DNA from: an uncultured delta proteobacterium
GTDB lineage: Bacteria > Desulfobacterota > Desulfobacteria > Desulfobacterales > Desulfosalsimonadaceae
Assembly (NCBI GenBank): GCA_963826785.1
Contig: CAWGYD010000005.1
Coordinates: forward strand, 224,001-288,000
Reading direction: 5' to 3'
Length of the DNA: 64,000 bases
Shown: piece after piece, positions 36,254 through 46,203 of the stretch
Position numbering within the stretch: the stretch's first letter is position 1
Layout: each line of letters begins with the position of its first letter
The notes under the pieces: model-generated
Database searches by the model: none
The model's input: the letters and a program-made list of their open reading frames with translations, nothing else
What the model was told of the DNA's origin: nothing
Made by a program: the position numbers and the translations under genes

Positions 36254-37412
36254 GGACGCTTTCGAGAAATCCCTTCACCAGATCGGTCAGACGGGCGGTT
36301 GGGCAGCAGAAAGGCATCATGGCCCCATTCGGCCTCGATTTCGCAGAAACTGACATGCAGGCCGCTTTTTTTCATGGCCTTGACCATGTCCCGGGACTGG
36401 TAGGTGGGGTAGAGCCAGTCCGAGGTAAAGGAGACCACCAGAAACCGGGGCCGACATCTGGCAAACGCGTTGACGGCGGAACAGTATCCGTCGGTCCGGG
36501 TCAGGTCGAAATAATCGGCCGCCTTGGTGATGTAGAGAAAGGAATTGGCATCAAAGCGCTCGACAAATTTCGGTCCCCTGGTAGCGCAGGTAGCTCTCCA
36601 CCTGGAAATCGGCGTCGAAATTAAAGGAGAAATCGTTGCTTGTCCTGGAGCCGGCGGCCGAATTTCTTGCGCATGGCCTCGTCGGAGAGGTAGGTGATAT
36701 GGCCGATCATCCGGGCCACGGCCAGGCCCAGATCCGGCTTCTGTCCGCCGTAATAATCGCCGTTGTTCCAGTTGGGATCGGCCATGATCGCCTGGCGGGC
36801 CACTTCGTTAAAGGCGATGGCCAGGGCCGAATGGCGCAGTGGTGGTGGCCAGCGGGATGGCGGAGGCCACCATTTCCGGATACGAAACGCACCACTGCAG
36901 CACCTGCATGCCGCCCATGGAACCGCCGATCATGGACAGGAGTCTTCTCGATTCCCAGATGATCGAGCAGGGCTTTCTGCGCCCGCACCATGTCCCCGAT
37001 GGTGACCACCGGAAAACGGAGGCCGTAGGGTTTGCCGGTTTTCGGGTTGATGGAAGACGGGCCGGTGGATCCCATGCAGCCGCCCAGCACATTGGAGCAG
37101 ATGACAAAATAGCGGTCCGTATCGATCCCTTTGCCGGGCCCGACCATGTTGTCCCACCAGCCGGGCTTGTCGTCTTCTTCGGCGTAATAGCCGGCCACAT
37201 GGGAATCGCCGGTGAGGGCATGGAGAACCAGGATGGCGTTGTCCCTTATCCTCAGTCAGGGTGCCGAAGGTTTCATAGGCGAGGGTGATGGGACCCAGCC
37301 GGGCGCCGCTGTCGAGCACCATTTCATCCGGCGGTTCGGCAAAGGTGAAAAATTTCTTTTTCACCAGGCCCGCGGAGCGCCCCTCCCTGTCGTGGGTAAT
37401 GTATTCGCTCAT
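36250..37412 (-). CDS. metX: homoserine O-acetyltransferase (multiply frameshifted)
   Basis: [26 protein letters not shown] and GHDAFL in successive frames. Confidence 0.9.
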
Positions 37413-37548
37413 TCAAGCTTCTTCAAATTTTTGATTCTCAATTAATTTAATCTGTTTGCAAAGTTAAATTCATTGGAAGCATTGTACACGGCTGCGGTTA
37501 TTGTTTTGGCAACCGACCGGTTTGACACCCCCCTTCGCCCCCCTCAAG

Positions 37549-38027
37549 GGGATAAGCGCTAACTTAACGCATAGTATCCCCCCCGTAATCATCCTTTATG
37601 TCATTCCGGCAGTCTTTTAGCCGGAATCCATTTAAATGATTGCGGGATACAAATCCTCCCAATCGGGATTCGTTCTCTCAATCAAATGCATTTTCCACTT
37701 TCGTTTCCAGTCTTTCAATCGTTTCTCTCGCTGGATAGCAGATTCCATACTTCCATGAAGCTTAGATACCAAACCAAAAAATGGACTCCATACTTTTTGG
37801 TGAACCCTTCCACGAAATTGTTTCTATGTTCCCAAACTCGCTTGATGAGGTCGGAGGTCACACCGATATAAAGGGTGCCGTTTCTTTTATTTGCAAGAAT
37901 GTATACCGCTGGTTGCCTGTTCATTTCGTCTTCCTGGATTCCGGCTTAAAGACTGCCGGAATGACGTTCTTAAGAGGAACGACAAATTAGAAGATATTGC
38001 ATCGGTCATTAAGTTAGCGCCTATGCC
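37549..38027. mobile_element. TIR-bounded miniature element (family B) carrying a REP-flanked GIY-YIG gene
   Basis: 19-bp imperfect TIRs GGGATAAGCGCTAACTTAA / TTAAGTTAGCGCCTATGCC; flanking direct repeat CCTCAAG; second copy at 56503. Confidence 0.85.
37632..37924 (-). pseudogene. small GIY-YIG nuclease, one frameshift near 37765
   Basis: AVYILANKRNGTLYIGVTSDLIKRVWEH then, in another frame, SAIQREKRLKDWKRKWKMHLIERTNPDWEDL. Confidence 0.88.
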
Positions 38028-38102
38028 CCTCAAGGGGGGAATTAATGGGAAGTGTCCCGGTGGCACTCAATGTGCTTTAACCCTATGCCTTTTAACACAA
38101 AG

Positions 38103-38128
38103 AGGGGGATCATCCGATCCCCCCCCTT
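38103..38128. terminator. probable intrinsic terminator downstream of cooS
   Basis: GGGGGATC-atcc-GATCCCCC stem about 30 bp past the stop codon. Confidence 0.5.
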
Positions 38129-38156
38129 TATACATGATTAATGATTTAAATCAATA

Positions 38157-40124
38157 TCAGGCCATCATTCTCCGGTCGGCCATATCGACCAGCACCCGCT
38201 CCCGGGCCTTGTCGATACCTAAAGCCGCGCGCTTCTTATCGATGTGGGCGATCATCAGGTCCGCCATCTCGATGGGATCGGGGGTAAAACCCCATTTCCC
38301 CATGCCCTGCTTTTCCATACCCGAGAACAGGAGTTCATGGAACTTGGTGTTTTCCACGATGGGGAAGGTGACCCCGAATACCGTGTACACGCCGGAAGCC
38401 ACGAAGTACTGGCCGATGGAAATGGCTTTTTCGCTCATCCACTCGGGCGCTGCCCCGGCCACGGGGAGATCGGCGATGCTTTCGCCCAGTCCGCCCACCC
38501 TGACCATTTCGGAGGCCGCGATCAGGATGCGGCTGTTGTCCACGCAGGAGCCGAGCCCCAGAACCGGCGGCATGCCCACGGCCTCGCAGACTTCCCGAAG
38601 GCCCGGTCCGGCCAGGTAGGCCGCCTCGGGGGTGTAAAGCCCCGCTTTGGCCAGGGCGATCTGGGAGCATCCGGTCTGAAGCACCAGGATGTCATTCTGG
38701 ATGAGCCGTTTGACCAGTTCCACGTGCACATAGTCCTGCTTGACCCGCGGGTTGGTGCATCCGACCACGCCGGCAACACCCCGGATGCGGCCGTTGATGA
38801 TGTTTTCGTTTAGCGGGGTGTAGCTTCCCCGGAAACTTCCGCCCAGCATGTAATTGATGTATTCGTAGGAGAACCCGTGAATGCTGGGGCTGACCTTGCG
38901 GGGAATCTGTACCGGATATTTCCGGTTTTTAAACCGGCTGATCGCCTTGATGACGATTTCATCCGTGCTTTCCCGGGGATTGTGCTCGTTGAACTCGATA
39001 TGTTTGGCGCCCTCGATGCGGCACCGGGGGTTGGTGGTAAACAGGTGGGTGCCGTAGCACTGGGCCACTTTTGACAGGCCCTGCTGTATGCACTGCACGT
39101 CCACGGCCATGGCATCCACCGCACCGGTGACGATGACCGCCTCGGTGGATGTAAAATTGCCCGCGTGCGGAATGCCGTGCCGGGAGATCATCTCGGCGCC
39201 GGAGCAGCACATGCCCACCAGGTTGATCCCCTCGGCGCCCGCCTTCTTGGCCGCTTCCACCAGGGTGGGTTCGTTTACCGAGGCCAGCACCGATTCGAAG
39301 AGATTGGGTTCATGTCCGTGGACGATGATGTTGACCTGGTTTTCCTTCAACACGCCCATGTTGACCTCGGTCAGGACCGGGGTGGGGGTGCCGTAGATGA
39401 TGTCGGAGATTTCGGTGGCCACCATGGAACCGCCCCAGCCGTCGGACAAGGCTGTCCGGCTCGACTGCCGGGTGATGTTCTCGTAATCCTGATCCACGCC
39501 CATGTGGGTCCGGTGCATCAGGTCCATGATTTCCCGCATGGCGCCCCGGGGGACCAGTCCATGCTTGCGCCAGGTCTCCAGGGTTTTTGCCGGCGCTCGC
39601 TTGGCAAACGGGATTTCGCCTTCCACCTGGGTATACGTGCGCTCCAGTTCCCTGTAAAGATCCATGGCCACATCTTCGATGGTGCGGCCCTCGGTTTCGA
39701 TCCCGATGGATTCTGCGATATTGATCAGTTTTTCCGGCTCTTTGATGGAGTATTCCGGAATATTGCCTTTGACCACTTCCCGGAACAGATCGAGCATGGC
39801 CATGCCGTGGTCCGTATGGGCGGCTGCGCCGGAGGCGACCATGCGGGCGAAGTTGCGGGCCATGATGGTATCCAGCGTAGCCCCGCAGACGCCGACCTTG
39901 CTGTAGGGGTCTTTTGCGTTCAGCCGGCACGGGCCCATGGAACAGTGCTTGCAGCAGGCCGAATCCGCGCCAATGGGGCAGGCCTTCATATTGGCGGCCC
40001 GGTCAAAACAAAGTTCGACGCCGTCCTTGCGGGCTTTGAGAATCATCTCACCCGTGGATTCACAGGTGGTGATATCTTTTATGTCCAGTACTTTGTCAGT
40101 GGATTTTTTAATATCCTTTTCCAT
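38157..40124 (-). CDS. cooS: anaerobic Ni-Fe carbon monoxide dehydrogenase catalytic subunit
   Basis: CCKHCSMGPC, HGHEP, GMCCSG, VGCTNP, GSCVDNSR and WMSEKA motifs. Confidence 0.95.
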   Translation of the reverse strand: MEKDIKKSTDKVLDIKDITTCESTGEMILKARKDGVELCFDRAANMKACPIGADSACCKHCSMGPCRLNAKDPYSKVGVCGATLDTIMARNFARMVASGAAAHTDHGMAMLDLFREVVKGNIPEYSIKEPEKLINIAESIGIETEGRTIEDVAMDLYRELERTYTQVEGEIPFAKRAPAKTLETWRKHGLVPRGAMREIMDLMHRTHMGVDQDYENITRQSSRTALSDGWGGSMVATEISDIIYGTPTPVLTEVNMGVLKENQVNIIVHGHEPNLFESVLASVNEPTLVEAAKKAGAEGINLVGMCCSGAEMISRHGIPHAGNFTSTEAVIVTGAVDAMAVDVQCIQQGLSKVAQCYGTHLFTTNPRCRIEGAKHIEFNEHNPRESTDEIVIKAISRFKNRKYPVQIPRKVSPSIHGFSYEYINYMLGGSFRGSYTPLNENIINGRIRGVAGVVGCTNPRVKQDYVHVELVKRLIQNDILVLQTGCSQIALAKAGLYTPEAAYLAGPGLREVCEAVGMPPVLGLGSCVDNSRILIAASEMVRVGGLGESIADLPVAGAAPEWMSEKAISIGQYFVASGVYTVFGVTFPIVENTKFHELLFSGMEKQGMGKWGFTPDPIEMADLMIAHIDKKRAALGIDKARERVLVDMADRRMMA

Positions 40125-40230
40125 ATAACCTCCGATTTGGGTTTGGGGGGGTTGGGTTGACCTGCATTTATCCCATTGGCCTCGACCACGAGATCAGGTG
40201 TAAACTTAACGTAATCATGCTTTGGAAATA

Positions 40231-40246
40231 TTCAAAACATGTGCCA
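40231..40246 (-). promoter_or_regulatory. possible sigma-54 promoter for cooS
   Basis: Minus strand TGGCACatgttTTGAA; one mismatch at the -12 element. Confidence 0.4.
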
Positions 40247-40511
40247 CAAAAATATAAAACTTTTTCCGGTATTTCCACCATGCAATATGTCACTGAATTC
40301 CATCCATTTCACCGCAGTTGGCAGAAAAGCCATAGAAATTAAGCAGTTTTCAAAACCCGAATCCGGGCTTTGAAAATGCCGGATTTGCGCTTTAAATGTA
40401 TCATTTTAAATGAAACACAACTGTATCGTGCGCGGTTTGGGCCGATGCATCCAACCCATCGCCAATCATGTTGCAGGCCGCAGCAATCGAATTGAATGAA
40501 CCCGGGGATCT

Positions 40512-40527
40512 TGGCACAGACTCTGCA
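40512..40527 (+). promoter_or_regulatory. probable sigma-54 promoter
   Basis: TGGCACagactCTGCA with correct -24/-12 spacing, about 50 bp before the ATG. Confidence 0.55.
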
Positions 40528-40575
40528 GATGCTTATTCCTGTGATACTGAAACCATAGCGAAGGGAGCAGAAAAC

Positions 40576-40935
40576 ATGATGCATTTACGTGATCTTCAAA
40601 ATAACAGGGAACTGGTCAATGAAATCGACTGGGAAATGACTCCGGAAGAGGCGGTGACGCTGTACCTGGAGTGGGGAAACAACTGGGCCCACGGCAAATA
40701 CGTAATTCGATCCAAAAACGATGTGTCTCATTATTTCGTGGTGTATGCCTGGGAAGACCCGCCGGTCATCTTCCTGGTCCGCCGCAATTCCGAAGGGGCC
40801 GAAGATATCGCCCGGATCTCGCTTCCCGAAACCCTCCGGAAGAAATTCATGCGCACCACCGGCATCAACAAGGGGGTGTATGCGGTGGAAGGCGAAATAC
40901 GGGAATGGCTCCAATCCGAATTGAGATGCCATTAA
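40576..40935 (+). CDS. DVU0772-family protein
   Basis: IDWEMTPEEAVTLYLEWGNNW motif; RBS GGGAG. Confidence 0.7.
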   Translation: MMHLRDLQNNRELVNEIDWEMTPEEAVTLYLEWGNNWAHGKYVIRSKNDVSHYFVVYAWEDPPVIFLVRRNSEGAEDIARISLPETLRKKFMRTTGINKGVYAVEGEIREWLQSELRCH

Positions 40936-41079
40936 ATAGTGGTCGAACGAAACAAGATCCCGACTGCGAAACGGATTGACATAGAAAAGCCGTTTTTTTG
41001 AAAGAATGGCCAATCATGATTATTCTGCTGTTTAAGCCCTCTGCCGCGGCATCCGATCATTTACGAGGGAGGCACCGAT

Positions 41080-43231
41080 ATGAACCATTTAAAAGACGAG
41101 AAAAGCCCCTATCTCCTCCAGCATGCGGACCAGCCCGTGGACTGGTATCCATGGGGGACGGCGGCATTCGATAAAGCATCCCGGGAAGACAAGCCCATCC
41201 TGGTTTCCATCGGATATTCCACTTGCCACTGGTGCCATGTGATGGCCCATGAATCCTTTTCGAATCCCGACATCGCCGATATCATGAACCGGCATTTCGT
41301 TTCGGTGAAGGTGGACCGGGAAGAGCGGCCGGATGTAGATACCATTTATATTACTGCCGTGTCCGCCATGACGGGCTCCGCCGGGTGGCCGCTCAACGTC
41401 TTTCTGACCCCCGACGGCAGGCCGTTTTACGGCGGGACCTACTTTCCGCCGTTTTCCCGCTCCGGAATGCCCGGGTGGCAGGATGTGCTGCGGCAGGTGG
41501 ACAAAGCCTGGCACGATCCTGCCCAGCGGGACAATATTGTCTCTTCGGCCACCGCCATCACCGACCGGCTGAAACAGTTCCTGGACGCTTCTGCGCCGTC
41601 ATCGGGCTCCGGTCTGCCCGACATCGCCATTGCGGATGCGGCGGCCAGGACCTTTTCCAATTCCTATGACGAGCGATTCGGCGGTTTTTCTCCGGCCCCC
41701 AAATTCCCGTCGCCTTCGGTTCCGCGTTTCCTGATGGCCTATTCATCCGCCAAATTGGGCGAAGGCGCCCGGCCCCTGGGAAACAAAGTGAGGGATATGG
41801 CCCTGCACACCCTGGACGCCATGGCCAGGGGCGGGATTTATGATCAACTGGGCGGCGGTTTTCACCGGTATTCCACCGACGAGCGGTGGCATGTGCCCCA
41901 TTTCGAAAAAATGCTCTACGACAACGCGCAACTGGTGCTGGCCTATCTGGAGGCCTGGCAGCTGTCCGGGAAAAACATGTTTGCCGATGTGGCCCGAAAG
42001 ACCGTTGCGTACGTGCTGCGGGACATGACCCATCCCGATGGTGCCTTCTATTCGGCCGAAGATGCTGACAGCAGCGAACCTGGCCGGCCGGATTCAAAAA
42101 AGAAGGAAGGCGCCTTCTATGTGTGGGCGGCCGATGAGATCCGGGCGCATCTCGACGCATCTTCCGCCGAAATTTTTTGTTTTTTTTATGGCGTCCGGGA
42201 TGGCGGAAACGCCGCCAATGATCCCATTCAACGAGTTTACGGGCAAAAATGTACTGTTTTGTGCCCACACCCCGGCGGAGACGGCCGAAAAATTCGGCAG
42301 AACGGAATCCGAAATCGCAACCATCATCGAAGCGGCCCGCCGGAAATTGTTTGCCCTGCGCAAAGACCGGCCCCGGCCGCACCTGGATGATAAAATTATC
42401 ACCTCCTGGAATGGACTGATGATATCGGCAATTGCCCGTGCATATACGTTGATGGGTGATCCTGCCTATCTCGCGGCGGCGCAAAAAGCGGCCGACTTCA
42501 TTCATGACCGGCTCTATAACCCGGCGACGGGCGACCTGTTCCGGCGCTGGCATTCAGGGGAATGCAAGGTGGCGGGAACATCGGAGGATTATGCCTTCTA
42601 TGTCCAGTGCCTGATCGACCTCTATGAAGCGGATTTTGACCCCGCAAACCTTCACCGGGCAAATGAGGTGAACCGCCATTTCATTGAGCGATTCTATGAC
42701 GAAGCCGACGGGGGCGTGTACCTGACCGGCGAAGATCATGACCCTCACCTGATCATGCGGGTCAAGGAATTTTCAGACAGCGTCATTCCTTCAGCCGCTT
42801 CGGTGGCCGCATTGAACATGCTGAGACTTTCTCAATTCACCGGCAATGAGCAATTTAAAAACATGGCGGAAAAAACCATTCGCCAGAGCCTGTCCCGGCA
42901 TTCCGGGCAGGGTGCCGCATCACCTTTGATGCTGGTGGCGCTGATGACCGCGCTGTCCCGCCACGTCCAGGTGATCATCTCGGGGCCGCCGGATGCCAAA
43001 GAGACCCGAAGCATGATCGGCGCCGCACGAAGTGTCCCGCACCTGGGCAAATCCATGCTGCTCATCGGCAGTTCGGAAAACAAAAAAATGCTGGCAGACC
43101 TGTTTCCGTTTATCGATTCGATTCCGGAACCCGATGGAAAGGGCTCTATGGCCTTTATCTGCCGTGATTATACCTGCGAACACCCGGTCACAGATCCGGA
43201 TTCGGTTCTGCGGCTGCTTCAGGCCATGTAA
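41080..43231 (+). CDS. YyaL/SPATA20-like thioredoxin-domain protein (frameshift near 42227)
   Basis: [25 protein letters not shown] and [13 protein letters not shown]. Confidence 0.9.
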
Positions 43232-43265
43232 TGAATAACATTTGACTCAAAGAAGGAGCGTATCG

Positions 43266-43469
43266 ATGACGAAGAACTACCAGATCAAGACCGCCTGTCC
43301 CCAGTGCGGATGCAGCGCCGTATCCCACCTGAGCCAGGAGGAGATGAAACAGCGATTCGGCCAGGTTCCCAACGTGGAGATGGAATGCAGTGAATGTATG
43401 TCCAAATACCAGGCGGAAATGAAAAAGGCCTGTCCCGAGTGGGACAATGACTGCAAAGCAGGGAAGTAG
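43266..43469 (+). CDS. small Cys-rich (possible zinc-binding) protein
   Basis: CPQCGC, CSEC and CPEWDNDC; RBS AAGGAG. Confidence 0.65.
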   Translation: MTKNYQIKTACPQCGCSAVSHLSQEEMKQRFGQVPNVEMECSECMSKYQAEMKKACPEWDNDCKAGK

Positions 43470-43528
43470 GAGGCGAAACACGCCCTGATGGGGCGCCATA
43501 TCAACCCGATGGAAAAGGAGGAAGAAAC

Positions 43529-43840
43529 ATGGATGTCAGAGATTACTGCAGCGGAATGGAATCGGAACTGACGGCGTGGAAGGCCAAACTGTTCGATGTG
43601 GCCGCACGGGCGGACCACCTGGGGACGGCGGAAAAAGACAAGGTGTGGTCCTATTTCAATGACATGAAGATCATCGTCCGGGAAATGGAGGACAAGATCG
43701 ACAAGCTTCGAACCGAGTGCCCCTCCGAGTGGAGTCCCCAGCGCAAGGAAATCGAGGATGCCCACGTGGATATGCGCTCAAAATACCAGGAGACCATGGA
43801 ATATATCGGAAAAGCCGCACCGGTATCGATTCCCGGATGA
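43529..43840 (+). CDS. hypothetical coiled-coil protein
   Basis: RBS AAGGAGG, host-like codon usage. Confidence 0.7.
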   Translation: MDVRDYCSGMESELTAWKAKLFDVAARADHLGTAEKDKVWSYFNDMKIIVREMEDKIDKLRTECPSEWSPQRKEIEDAHVDMRSKYQETMEYIGKAAPVSIPG

Positions 43841-43894
43841 TTCGATTGCCGCAGTTCGCTTCGACAAGAGCGAGTTTGAAATGATTGTGATTTT

Positions 43895-44018
43895 AAGTCC
43901 CCCTTAGAAAAAGGGGGATTTAGGGGGATTTTGGTGCGCCGGAATCTTAAATCCCCTTTTGTCTTCGCAGGTCCGACACCCCCCTGAGCCCCCCTCAAGG
44001 GGGGAATTTTAGGGGTGT
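43895..44018. repeat. cluster of C/G-run hairpin repeats (family C)
   Basis: AAGTCCCCCTTAGAAAAAGGGGGATTTAGGGGGATTT and GACACCCCCCTGAGCCCCCCTCAAGGGGGGAATT. Confidence 0.8.
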
Positions 44019-44042
44019 ACCAGCGCCTCCAACTTGCTCAGT

Positions 44043-44753
44043 TCACGGGTCGGAGTGGTCCCGGTACAGCCGGGCAAGCCTTTCCGGCGGCACTCCGGCG
44101 AGAAACAAAATTGAAATGATCCGGTTTCGAAGGGTGCAGGAAACAATTCCTTCCTTTTCCCATCGGCGCGGGGAGGTGACGGCTGCAGAGGGCAGGATGC
44201 GGACAAAACCGCCCGCGCGCCGGATCCGGCGCATCAGGTCGACATCTTCCATGATGGGGATTTCGGAAAATCCCCCCATTTTCTTGAAGAAGGACGCCTT
44301 GATGAAGATGGCCTGGTCCCCATAGGGGATCCGGGTGATGCGGGTTCGCAGAAAGGCGGCCTTTTCGATGATCCGGAAGACCGGCTTTTTCGAATCGATT
44401 TTCAGGCCAAAGGCGCCGGCCGATGTCCCGGGCCCGGCCAGGGCGCGTTTAATTGATGGGAACGCATCTTCGGGCAGCCGGGTGTCGGCATGAAGAAAAA
44501 CCAGGATGCGGCCGGCCGCTTCTGCGGCCCCGACATTGAGCTGCCTGCCGCGTCCTTGGGGCGATACGATTTTAATGATGCCGCCTCGGGAAATGGCCTC
44601 GATGGTCGAGCCGGATCGATCCCCATCCACCACGATGACCTCGAGTTCCGTACCCGGAAGGGGAGGGGGGAGGCAGGCCAGGGTCTCATTGATCCTGCAC
44701 GCTTCGTTCAAAACCGGGATGATGATGGAAATGTCCGGGAGCGGGCGCACCAT
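44043..44753 (-). CDS. GT2 glycosyltransferase, TIGR04283-like
   Basis: SIIIPVLNE, FLHADT, YGDQAIF, IMEDV and TSPRRW motifs. Confidence 0.85.
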   Translation of the reverse strand: MVRPLPDISIIIPVLNEACRINETLACLPPPLPGTELEVIVVDGDRSGSTIEAISRGGIIKIVSPQGRGRQLNVGAAEAAGRILVFLHADTRLPEDAFPSIKRALAGPGTSAGAFGLKIDSKKPVFRIIEKAAFLRTRITRIPYGDQAIFIKASFFKKMGGFSEIPIMEDVDLMRRIRRAGGFVRILPSAAVTSPRRWEKEGIVSCTLRNRIISILFLAGVPPERLARLYRDHSDP

Positions 44754-45514
44754 CAATCCTTCGTAAAAATGATGTCCCCGTAAAATGCCACCGCGGATTC
44801 TCCCGTGTTGTCCGAGTCGGTCATGATGGCCACGCCGGAGATATTCGGCGGTTCGGTGCCGAATGCCCGTTTGTAGTCCTCGTAAATGTTGCGCGTTTCG
44901 GTCACCCATTCGCCGACCCTGGAGCTGCCGGATTCGATGACGATCATCTTGACCCGGTCCGTGTACGGATTGTCCGTTATCCGGCCCTGTTCGGCCCGGC
45001 TGGCCCAGATGTAGTTTATGGCGCCGGTGGGGGGGTATTCGCCGTAAATCAGTTTTAGGGCCGAAAATTTGGCTTTTTCAAAAAACCCCACCCGGTCCGG
45101 ATCGTATGCAAAGGCGATGTAGATCCGCGCCGGGTAGTCATCCCCGGATTTCCGGGTAACATCCCCGTTTTCATAGATGTTTTCAATCTTCCAGCGCCAG
45201 GAAATGACCGGATACGCTTTCGGATCGATGGTGATCTTGCGGATCAGCCCGGAGGCCGAAGCCCGGCTGTCCGCCTTGATCACCGTGGTGCCGTCTACAC
45301 TTACCAGGCGATAGTCCGTGTGGGCGTCAATATTCTTGAAGGTCAGCGGCTTCCATTGATCCGGCAGTCCCTGTGAAGCATCGAGCGCAGAAAATTTCCC
45401 CACTTCAAGCGTTTTGTTTTCCGAGGCCGGAGACATTCCCCACGCCAGAAACAGCGTCAAAAGGGCCGCGGCCACTGCAGGGCCGGTCGAGGCAAATTTA
45501 TGAGTGATCATCAT
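44753..45514 (-). CDS. DUF3047 domain exported protein
   Basis: Signal peptide, KSGDDYPARIY and IMTDSDNTG. Confidence 0.8.
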   Translation of the reverse strand: MMITHKFASTGPAVAAALLTLFLAWGMSPASENKTLEVGKFSALDASQGLPDQWKPLTFKNIDAHTDYRLVSVDGTTVIKADSRASASGLIRKITIDPKAYPVISWRWKIENIYENGDVTRKSGDDYPARIYIAFAYDPDRVGFFEKAKFSALKLIYGEYPPTGAINYIWASRAEQGRITDNPYTDRVKMIVIESGSSRVGEWVTETRNIYEDYKRAFGTEPPNISGVAIMTDSDNTGESAVAFYGDIIFTKD

Positions 45515-46203
45515 TTTGATTCCATCAGTTTCAATTTTTTCAAGCACTGAATGGTTTGCGGGGCATCTGCGCCCCCTCGGGTCTGATTCTCTATGAACCC
45601 GGCCAGGTCCGGCCAGTCGTCGATGTCCTGCCATACACCGAGTGCGTGGATTTTTTTGCCTGCTTTTTCAAGTATTCCACGCGTCCGGGCATAAACCGTG
45701 TCCGTGCTCCAGGGAATGCCGGTAAACACGGCGGGATAAAACGTATTTTGCTTAAACCCGATCAGGTAATACCCGCCGTCTGCTGCCGGTCCGATCACGC
45801 AGTCATGGTCATCCAGGCGGTCTGCCGCCTCTGCAAGAAAGTGGTCCGGAAGATCGGGAAAATCCGATCCCACCAGAATGGCTTTTTGAAAGCCTGCGGA
45901 AAACGTGTCGGCAAAGGCATTTAACATTTTTTCGCCCAGGTCCGGGCCGGTCTGGGGAAAATAGTCAAACCGGGAACCCAGCAGGCGCTCCATTTCGGAC
46001 CTGCTTTCGGGCGGGAAATAGCAGATCCGTGGAACCAGCCCGGCGTGCAGGATTTTTTCCAGCATGTCGGTCAGGAAGCAGGAATAGAGTGCAAGGGTTG
46101 ATTCTGCTCCGATATGCCGGGCCAGCCGGGTTTTCACCTGGCCGGGCAGGGGCGTGCGGGCAAACAGTATGACGCGTAAATTCGTATCCGGGTCCTTATT
46201 CAT
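45511..46203 (-). CDS. TIGR04282/DUF2064-like glycosyltransferase
   Basis: PGQVKTRLA, DLGEKM, GPAADGGYYLIG and DID motifs. Confidence 0.85.
   Translation of the reverse strand: MNKDPDTNLRVILFARTPLPGQVKTRLARHIGAESTLALYSCFLTDMLEKILHAGLVPRICYFPPESRSEMERLLGSRFDYFPQTGPDLGEKMLNAFADTFSAGFQKAILVGSDFPDLPDHFLAEAADRLDDHDCVIGPAADGGYYLIGFKQNTFYPAVFTGIPWSTDTVYARTRGILEKAGKKIHALGVWQDIDDWPDLAGFIENQTRGGADAPQTIQCLKKLKLMESK

Noticed and set aside
36250..37412. Programmed frameshifting or true pseudogenisation of metX (also trpA)
   Set aside because: Multiple scattered indels across unrelated genes are better explained by assembly error
37891..38619. 242-aa ORF and the similar ORF at 56552-56818
   Set aside because: Their shared sequence comes from the repeated family B element; the rest is antisense to cooS
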